DNA of 64,000 bases from Myxococcota bacterium (lineage in GTDB: Bacteria; Myxococcota_A; SURF-8). Positions 10,600 to 20,500 of this stretch are shown one piece after another. Where the stretch lies: contig OZ223209.1 of the NCBI GenBank assembly GCA_965140415.1, positions 3,264,001-3,328,000 of the forward strand, read 5' to 3'. Made by a program: the position numbers and the translations under genes. The notes beneath the pieces were generated by a model. The model saw only the letters and a program-made list of their open reading frames with translations. It had not been told where the DNA came from and did no database searches. Numbering within the stretch: the stretch's first letter is position 1; each line of letters starts with the position of its first letter.

Positions 10600-11415
10600 T
10601 CAATTTATCCTAGATGCAACAGTCGCCTTCCAGGACTCGATTTTCTCCAGTATTTCCGGTGCGGCTTTCAATCCGGCCTGATATCCAAGCTGATAAATAT
10701 CCAGCATGGCGTCCGTTTCGAAGACGCCGAAGGTATCGATTTTATCCGGGCAGATCAACACATCGCATAGTTCGCGCTTGTCGTGTCTGTCCGCGTGATA
10801 GCGCAAATCCATCACGCGCTCGATGACATCCCGAAAGCTGTCTAGATCTTCTTTTTCGATGACCTTGTGCGGCGCGACATTGACTCCAATTATCAAATCG
10901 CAATCTTTTTTCAATGGCTCTACCGGAAAGTTATCCAGAATACCGCCATCCATGTACATTTCATCTTCAACCGCTACCGGGCTGAACATGATTGGAAAAC
11001 TGGCCGACGCCACTACGATCGGCCATAAAGGGCCGGAATCGATGATTTTCAAGGTTCCGCTCAGCATGGCTGAAACCGCCACAGAAAGCTTAAGTGGAAG
11101 TTCCTCGAAGGTTTCAACTTTGACATACTTCTTGATGTCATCGACATACGCCACGCTGTTGAATAATCCGGCTTCCAAGATTCCCAGTTTGCTTACTCGA
11201 AAAGGGTCGGTTTCCGTCCAAAAATCGAGCATTTTTTGAATGCCGCAACGCGCCGCAGCCATTACGCCAACCAGCGCGCCTGCGCTGGCTCCTGAAAAAT
11301 GAGAGATTTCGATGCCGTTTTCTTTGAACGCTTGAAGAATGCCAATATGCGCCAGCCCACGTACGCCGCCGCCGGATAGCGCCATTCCAATTTTCGGTTG
11401 TGATTGTGGTGTCAT
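10600..11415 (-). CDS. Patatin-like phospholipase
   Basis: LSGGGVRG, GASAG (GxSxG) and DGG motifs. Confidence 0.92.
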   Translation of the reverse strand: MTPQSQPKIGMALSGGGVRGLAHIGILQAFKENGIEISHFSGASAGALVGVMAAARCGIQKMLDFWTETDPFRVSKLGILEAGLFNSVAYVDDIKKYVKVETFEELPLKLSVAVSAMLSGTLKIIDSGPLWPIVVASASFPIMFSPVAVEDEMYMDGGILDNFPVEPLKKDCDLIIGVNVAPHKVIEKEDLDSFRDVIERVMDLRYHADRHDKRELCDVLICPDKIDTFGVFETDAMLDIYQLGYQAGLKAAPEILEKIESWKATVASRIN

Positions 11416-11442
11416 CGTTTTCCTGAGTAATAGAATTGTACG

Positions 11443-11495
11443 TTTACGGTCATTTACTGGTCATTTACTGGTCGTTTACCGGTCGTTTCCGGTCG
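11443..11495. repeat. Five tandem 10-11-bp repeats upstream of the patatin gene
   Basis: tttac-ggtca / tttactggtca / tttactggtcg / tttaccggtcg / tttc-cggtcg. Confidence 0.8.
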
Positions 11496-11544
11496 GCTTG
11501 TGGGCAAGCAATCCGAGCTTTGCAGCTTCGAAATTGCCTGTAGA

Positions 11545-11576
11545 AAGCCGGATCGCGATTTCTCACGATCCGGCTT
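11545..11576 (-). terminator. Putative intrinsic terminator after the giant ORF
   Basis: Stem aagccggatcg / cgatccggctt about 20 nt after the stop codon. Confidence 0.55.
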
Positions 11577-11597
11577 GCTGTAGCAGACGAACCTCCG

Positions 11598-14500
11598 TTA
11601 GCGTTGAATCAGACAGGGAACGCCGGCGACGTTGATACCTACCGAAACACCATCGGGATTTTCCGGTATGGCATCCGTTTCCGGATTCGTCGCGAGTACG
11701 CCATCGTCATTCAAATCGACGTCGGGAATCGGGTCCGCCGGATCATCTCGAATCAGAATTTCCAGCGGGTTGATCATCTGGCCATCCAGATCCAATTCCA
11801 CCGCCAGATTTCCAGCCGGAACCACGCCACCCAGCAAGCTTTCATTCATGCTGACTCCGTTTGCGCCAGAAGCAAAGGTCGCGTCGATATAGGCCGGTTC
11901 CACATTCATATCCAACGCGGTTTCTCCCGTATCTAAAGAAAGGCTAAAGCGCGCTGGTTGATCCGGGTAGGTATTTAATCGTACCTGTCCGAAATCATTA
12001 ACGATTTCGACGTTTTTAAAGCGAATCATCGGCAAGCCGGTCTCTTCGTCGTAGCTGGATGGATCGATGGCGAAGGTTTCCGTTCCACTGAAATTGTCGC
12101 TGGAATCCGCATCGAGATCGACGCCGATATAACCATTGATTGTCACGACGACAGGCGGATCGCCAGGACCGGGCAACTCGGCAAGGCCGGTCAATTCCAG
12201 AATCATCAATAAGGGATCTTCAGGATCAACGATTTTATCAGCCAGAATCGGATTGGCCAGACTGCCCAAGCCAGTCAAGGCATTATCCACAGCCAGATCG
12301 CCTAAATTGCCGATCTGATCGACGTTAAATCCATCTGCCGCACCGCCGATTTGAACCACGTTCAATACGATAGCCGGGGGCGCAACGTTGGATATCGTGA
12401 TCGAATCGTCTCCCACATTTCCACGCGCATCGGTTGCACTGGCGACTAGCACGTTCTGACCTTCGACCAAGGGAACAAGCGCCGACCAGGTTGAGGTCAT
12501 GCCGCTTTCGTTATCCAGCATCACGTATACGCCATTGACGGCGAAACTCTGCAAGGTGGACAACGCCCGGTCATCCGCGATAATGCCCGTTACCTGCACT
12601 TCTCCGGCGGCAAGGCTGGCGCCGTCTTGTGGAGACGTAATCGTAACCGTTGGTGGATCGTCGGGAGCCGTGAAGGTCACGGTTACGCTTTCCTCATCGT
12701 ATCCGCCGGTGAAATCCTCGGCGCGAATGACAAGAACGTTTTCGCCATCCGCCAAAACGACACTGGCGCTGAAACTGCGGTTGAAATAATCCCAGTTGAT
12801 TGAATGAGTGTCGCCGTTCAAAGTCAGACTCAACGTAATCTGCGCCGGGTTTCCGCCTTCGGCCACCGTTCCACTGACCTCGACGGGATTCGTGTTGAAA
12901 TCCTGCCCGTTCTGAGGCGCGGTAAGCGTAATAACCGGCGGCGTGACCGGCTCGACGCGACGCACGTTAAGAGAAATCGTCGTCGTGCCACCAAGCCCAT
13001 CGGTCGCTTCGGCGCGTAGTGCATTGACGCCCATGGCCAAAGCCAGCGAGGCATCCGACTGCCAGGTTCCGGCACCTTCATCGATCGTACAAGCCACCCA
13101 GTCGCCGCTACCGATGCGCACCCGTACGGTCACATCGGAAAGCGGGCCATCGTCTGAAATCGTTCCGGTAACCACGACCGACGCTTCCGCTGTGGTCGTT
13201 CCCGGATAGGTAACAGCAAGCTCCGGGAGGTCGTTTGGCGCTTCATAGAACACCGAAACGCTGTCTTGGCCGACCTGATCATTGGTATCACGCACCGAAA
13301 GCAGCAGGCTGTTACTACCTGGCTGCAAGGTTACGGATTCCGAAATCTGTCCCGTACTTACATCGACCGTTTGCTCCTGCCCGTTGATGGAAAGCGTACC
13401 CACGCAGGTCGACAAATCCGAGTCCTGCACCGTAGCGGTAAGCGTGATATTCGGATCGGTGACGCGTGCAGGCTGCGGATCGATATCCACCACCGGGGGC
13501 AGATCGCCCAGTTGATTTTCCAAACCGCATACGCTGAAACCTTCACCGTCCGCCGTTACACCCAACAGATCCGATACGGTTTCATTGTCGATGGAAAATT
13601 CATCCTGCTCCGGCACACCCGAATCCACCGGCCAGGAGAAACGCCCGATCTCACCCGCCGTTGCGACTAAGGAAGTTCCCGCCCACAATAACTGAGGCGC
13701 ATCCTGCTGCGTGGCATGCGTATAGAAGCCATCGGCCAACGCGGAGGAAACCAGCGCATCCGCCGTGGGCGTCATCAGGTTCGCATCGCCGGAATAACTG
13801 ACGCTCATATGCGCTCCGGCAAAACTCTGCGTTCCGTCCGTACAGATCTGCAACTCTGAAAGCGTTGGCTCGGCGATCTGAATGGTGGTGCTGTCCGACA
13901 GATCGCCCGCGCTGGCAGTCACAAGCACCGCGCCTGGATCATCGTAGGAAGTAAAGGTCACCGTGACGATACCGCTTGCATCGGTCGTGGCGACACTCGA
14001 TGCGCTCAGTTCTCCCAGCGTAGTCGGGTCGAGTTCGAACTGTACTTCAGTGCCCGCCGGTACCGGCCCACCGGCATTTCGTTCCACGGTCACTGTCAGT
14101 ACCGATTGTGCGCCCTGCACCAGAATGGTTTGCGGATCGGCGCTCAGATCGATCATGGAAGGCGCATCCGGATCAATGCGCGTTACATTCAGTAGGATTT
14201 CAGTCGTCAGGCCACTTAGATCGGAAGCAAGCACCGTGATTTCATTTGCTCCCAACTCTAACTCCACCCATTGACTGAACGCCCCGCTTTCTTCGATTAC
14301 AGGCTGATACGATTCAGATCCGACGGTAATGCTTAACGGCACTGCGGCCAAGGCGATGTCGTCGGCAACCGTTCCAACGACTTCCACTCCCGTTTCCATG
14401 GTTTCCGCGCCGTTTTCAGGAGCAGTCACGGTCAAGCTCGGCGGATTCTCATCCTGCAATTCGATAACGCCCTCACTGAATGCCGCATTACCGGACAAAT

Positions 14501-17500
14501 CGGACACATCGATGCGAATCGTGTTGTCGCCAAGTTGCAAGACCATTGGCAGGTAAAAATCGTTTTCCGTGGCGTCATAAGTCGCGGCTACCGCCTCCGC
14601 AGCATTCAAGGAAACGGTCGGAGACAGCGTATCCGCCGTATCAACATCATCCGTTATTGCAAAGCGCAAGGTCTGCGCCGCTGCCGTAACAAGCGGATCC
14701 GGCGCTGTGACCTGGATAACCGGAAGTTGATTGTCTACATAGGAGATCGTCACTTCCAGTTCGCCTTCATTGCCCTGCGGATCGGCAGCGAAAATGGAAA
14801 CGGCATTGTCCCCGAGTGCAAGTGTCAACTCGCCGGTAAACGTTCCCAGCAGCGGCTCGTAGGTACAGCTAACGCGCTCCCCTTCGCCTATTGCGGCTTC
14901 AACCACAAGTTCATCGTCGCCGAAAATGTCGTGAGCGGTCCCCTTGATCGTCACTGCCGCGCGATGCACGATCAACTCATCCGGCGGGGAAACCGTCACC
15001 ACTCCATCCGTAACGGAAGTGAGAGTGATTTCAGGCGGATCGACATCGACCAGTTCCAGCGGATGTATCACCGCCTCGCTCACGTTCTCGGCCAGATCCT
15101 TGGCCTGCACCGTGATGATATTGTCTCCCAGCTTCGGTAACGTGATTTCAACTGCAAATTCGCCGTTCTCACCAAGTTCCGTTCCCAATACAGCGTACGA
15201 TTCGCCATCGGTCACCACGATTTGAACTCCGAGAATTCCTACATTGTCCGTTGCCAAGCCGGTGAGCGTCTGCACGGCTTCCGTAACTTGCGGTCCCATC
15301 GGACCGGTGACTTGCACCACGGGCGGTGTATCGTCAGTCAGCGTGACATCGCCGCTGTCGGATGCGGTCGCCCCGCGTTCATCGGTAACGGTCGCCACTA
15401 CGGTATTCAATCCCAGAGCAAGCAGAACATCCCCAGTAAACGTGCAACCGGCTTCACCGCCCGTAACGATAGCAGCGACGCCCTCCCCTTCTCTGACTCG
15501 CAAAGAAACGGTGGCCGCTTCGCAACTGCCATCGGGATCGGTAATGACACCGGAAACCGACAACAGCGGTTCCGTTACCGAATCGGGCAACGCATCCAGC
15601 TTGATGGTCGGGGCGCGATTGGCGCTTTCCTCGGAAAGATAAGCAGGCAAACCGGTCAATATGACACCGGCGGAAACGCCATCGCCGTTTTCCGTATTGT
15701 TGGTTTTATCTAACTGACCATCTTCATCCAGATCGATATCCACATCATCTTTTAACAGCGCCAAAGGAGCGATGTTCCCCAGCGCCTCCAACGGCTGGGC
15801 CAGCACCGAACAGGGAATCACACCGCCTAATAAGCCGTCTTTCAAATCGATTCCGCCCGAACGCAGGGCGCTCTGTTCGATAATGCCGGAGATCTGGGTT
15901 TCGTTGATCGTTAACGAAATCATGGCCCCTTCATCCCCCATGGGAATGGCCAAGGTAAAGACGGCAGGTCCACCTTTTAGATGAGCCACGCCATCCTCAT
16001 CCGCCCAGATATCCACACGGTCGAAATGAATCAACAGTTCCCCGTCCTCGTTAAAGGACATCGGATCGATACCGAACATTTCGGAACCACTGAAGTTATC
16101 CGTGTAATCGTCGTCCAGATCCGTGCCCATATAGCCATCCAGAGAAACCGCACCGCTTTCTCCCGGAGCAGGCAGATTGGTCAATCCGCGCAGCTTGAAC
16201 ACCAGAATCACCGATCCTTTGTCCACCGCATCTTTCAATGAGCCATTCGCCAGCGTTCCCAGCGAAGCCACGCCATTATCCGGGTCGGGATCGCCTTCCG
16301 GGCTACGCCCTTCATCGAGGTTGAAGCCTTGGGTTTCATCTCCGATCTGCACCATGTTCAGCACCAGCACCGGGTCGTCGTCGATATCCGGGCCGGTGAA
16401 GTCCGCGACGAGCGGCTCCTCTTCCTGTTCGCCATCGCCATCGGGCAGATCGCCGTCGATATCCAAATCTCCGGCGAATTCCGAATCATCGTCGCCATCC
16501 GGCACGATAAAACCGCTTTCACTATCCGAACAACCGACCGCCAGCAGCATTGGAAGCAGGAACAAGAAGAGCAGTCCCATCCAGGGCGAATCGACTCCGT
16601 GGCGACGCCGCCGCCAGAAAACTCCCAGCAGCGCAAAGGCGGCGGTCAACAACAGCAAGGAACCATCCGTATCCTGGCTCTGACAACCCAGACAACCGGA
16701 TAAATCCCCGAAAGCATCGAAAATCGAACCACCGGTCGGTTCACTCGCACCGCTAAGCACCGTACTTTCACCGGTCAGTGCATCGTATTGAATCTTCATC
16801 GTGGCGTAGCTGACGTGCGGTTCGTTATTGCCATCCAGGAAATTGTAATCGGTCACGAAAACCCGCAGCATGTTTTCACCATCGGTCAACAGGCTTTGCG
16901 CAATCGTTCCCTCCCAGTAAAGCCCTTCGGCATTGGGCAGAGCGGAAACCGTGATGGAACTGAACTCCACCAGAGGAGTAGCCGGGTCGGTCACCGGGCC
17001 GATGAAGGTTTGAATGCTCGCATTGACGGCATTGGCGGATACGCCCAGACCATTCACGATCCCGGAGAAGGGCAAATCGCCGCTATGGACGTCGTTTGGC
17101 GCGGTGATATAGATACTCGCCTGCAAGTCGCCCATCATGTCGATGAATTCGGCATTCGGATCGATTACGCTCAGTTCCGCAATACGCATGCCGCTGCCAG
17201 GCAGATCGATGGAACCGTAAGAGGACATGAACATCGGCAATACCAGATCGATCAAGGTCGGCACCGCCGCGCGTAAGGTCGTTTCATTCAACACGAAGGC
17301 CGACCAGAGCAGATCCGTATACACTTCCGGATCGGCGAGTTCCACTTCGACCTTATCCACTTCCGGGATGCCTTCGGAAGCCACATAACGAAGCGTGGCA
17401 TCGGCATACAATTCGATGGCGATATCGAACATGGCGGTTTCATACTCGCCATCACCATTGGTGTCGCCGTAGAAAGACATGACCATGTCGCCCGCACGCG

Positions 17501-20500
17501 CACGAATGCCATCCGGGTCCTGGATGCCCTCGACCGTGATCGGCAGCATAGGATGAAGCTGGATGATCATCGGCGTTCCGGTCGGAACGATTTGCTGAAC
17601 ATCCGTGCGATTCGGATTGGCCAATTCAGGAATAAAGATAGAGAAGGACGCCGTATCCAAGGAAAGCGCATCCCCCACGGTTTCCTGATCGATCGTCATT
17701 TCCAGGGTTCCCTGTGCCCATTCGCTGTAAATCAGGTAGTTGACCAGATCGTCGTTCAGCGCCACTTCCAAGGTTCGCGCCAAGCCATTCTGATCGACCA
17801 TGACCAGTTGCGGGCGACTGGCCGCATCGGGATTGGGGGTGATCAACGAACCCGGGGAATCGTAGATATCCTGTGCTGGAGGATAAGTGACCGGGTCCAG
17901 ACAGGGCAGGAAGTCATCCGGGTCTTCGGTTTCATCATCCGACTTGTCGGTAAACGCCGTCGGATCGGGACAGGGATTGCCGTAGAAATCGAGCCAGAAC
18001 TTCAACCCACTGACATCATTACTGATACTGGCGATATACAGTGCAAAGCTCGTATTTTCCTCTTCCATAAGTGGCGCAGCCAGGGCATCGCCCAGGTTGC
18101 CAAGTATGGAATCGATTTCGTTCGTAAAGGCATCGACCATGGCGTCGCGAATGGCGTCCATGGCCAAATCTAGAACCCATTCCGCGAAATCGCAATCTTC
18201 CAGTTCAAGAGTGAAATCACTTAACGTGACAGTGACCGATCCCGGTATCGAAACCAAAGCCGGACCGTCGGTACCATCCACGAAGTCCGCTTTCAAAGAG
18301 ATGGTCGCCGGGCGCGCCCTGGCATAGGCTTCACTGCCGAACCAGCAGGCCCAGTTCGAATTCATGTACATATCGACGTGCAGGTAATGGATGACCATCG
18401 TGATATCGACGTGCCCATCATTATCGATGCCCATCAATACAGTCACGCTCTGATCGCAGTTATAACGGCAACGGGGCGGATTCATGACACCGGAAGGACC
18501 ATCATAGCGGTGACCGCTACCAGGATCGCAAAACGCGAGGCCGGTTGCATCCATCGAAATGCCCGCCTCGGAAACCGATTCGTCGATCATTTCCGATCCG
18601 TCCATGGCTTCCACCTCCGTTTCCACCATGGCGGTGAAATAGCTGAGTACAGACTCCGCCAGCCCCATACCGGCTCCGTTTTTGCCGATATCGCCTCGCA
18701 GCAGGTAGTCGCCGGTCAACGCACCCTGAATGTTCAGGTTGTCGTTGGCCAATTCATCCGTGGCTGTAACACGCAACAACTGCAAACCGCCGGTATTGAA
18801 CGCCTCCTGTGGGATAGTGAACTCGAAGTCTGCATAATCGTTGCTCGTGGTAACGGGCAGATCCTGACCGTCGAATTGCACGGTTACAGCCGAAGTACCG
18901 GTGTATAAATCGGTTGCCTGCCCCGTAACCAGAATGCTGCTCGTTCCATCGTAGTTTCCCAACTCGGGAGCATTGAACTGGCCGGAACTGGAAACGTGCG
19001 CTCCGCGCCGGAATCCGTTCAAGCTGATTTCCGGTCCTTCTACATCCTGATGCACCGTGATGGCATGCTGCGCCTCATTACCTGCGCCATCTCGGGCGCT
19101 GGCGGTAACGCCATTGGCTCGCGGAATCAGCGGCAACGGTCCAAGCTGGAAGCTGCCGTCTGTGACAGTTGCCTCATAGCCGTTTACCCAGACGCCTTCG
19201 ATACCGCTTACGGCATCGGAAACCGTACCGGAGATAATCACCGTGGGAGCGTTAGTCACCACGCCATCCACGCCATCTTCCGGCAGGAAGACATAGCCAT
19301 CCCGGAAAACACGAGTGATTTCAATGACTGGAGCAACTGTATCCATCGTCACCACCAAATCGACGGTTACCAGGTTACCTGCGGTATCCTGAGCGACGAC
19401 TTGAAGCGTGTTTTCTCCTTCCGCCAGTTCCCAGTCGGGCACGGAGAAGGAGTCACCCTGTTGCAGGCTTCCATCGGGTACGCCGTTCAAACTGACAATG
19501 CGAACGGTTTCGCTGATGCCGATGATCCAAGTGTATGGAGACGTGTTGACAAACGGATCGGAAAGCAGAGTCAAGACGGGATCGATGAAATCCCCCACGA
19601 TAGTCACGGGGCCGGCGTCGGTGGTATTTCCCGCCAGATCGACCGCCTGAGCACTAAAGGTATTCTCTCCTTGCTCAATCGTGACTTCGATCTGCCAAGT
19701 TCCGGCTGAACTGTCGTAGCTCGCCGTTTCACCATTGACGCTTACGCTCTCTATGCCGTATCCATCCGAAGCCGTTCCACCGATAACTACGGTGGATTGA
19801 TTGGTCGGACTCGCTACCGGATCGATGGCAATGGCCGGAGCAGTCGCATCGTAAGTTACTGAAATCTGAACGGCTTCACTGATATTTCCCGCCAGATCCC
19901 GGGCCGTTGCACTTACGGAATGCACCCCTTCACCGGAGAACGTAACATCCGCGCCCCACAGCCATTGCCCGCTTCCCATATCGATTAGCTGGGCGGCATT
20001 GCCCTGCACCAGCACTTCCACGACATCATGAAGATCCGTAGCCGTTCCCGAGAATTGAGTCGGGCTTTGGTTCAGGTAGTCTCCTTCCAAGGGACTGTCG
20101 AAAACGATTTCCGGAGATATCGTATCCAGAGTAATCGTTGCCGGTTCGCTGAATGCACCGATTCGGCCCAAGGCATCGGCAGCACGTGCAGTAAACGAAT
20201 TCTCGCCCTCCTGGAGTTGAACGAGAGCAGCGAAACTACCATCGGGGTAGACATTGACATCGGCTGCGATCAGTTGATCCTGTAACCAGATTTCGACCAC
20301 GCAATCGTCGAGGGACTGGTCATCGGCCACTACACCACTGATGGCAAAGGTACTGTCGTTCGTAAGAACACCATCGTCATCGAGCGTCACCACCGGAGAC
20401 GCATTCAAGCCATCGAAAACGATGTGCCCGGCAGCGCGTCTGGCTGCCAATACGGCATCGCCAATCGTGAAATCGGCATTGGGTTGCGGGTTCGGGCGCA

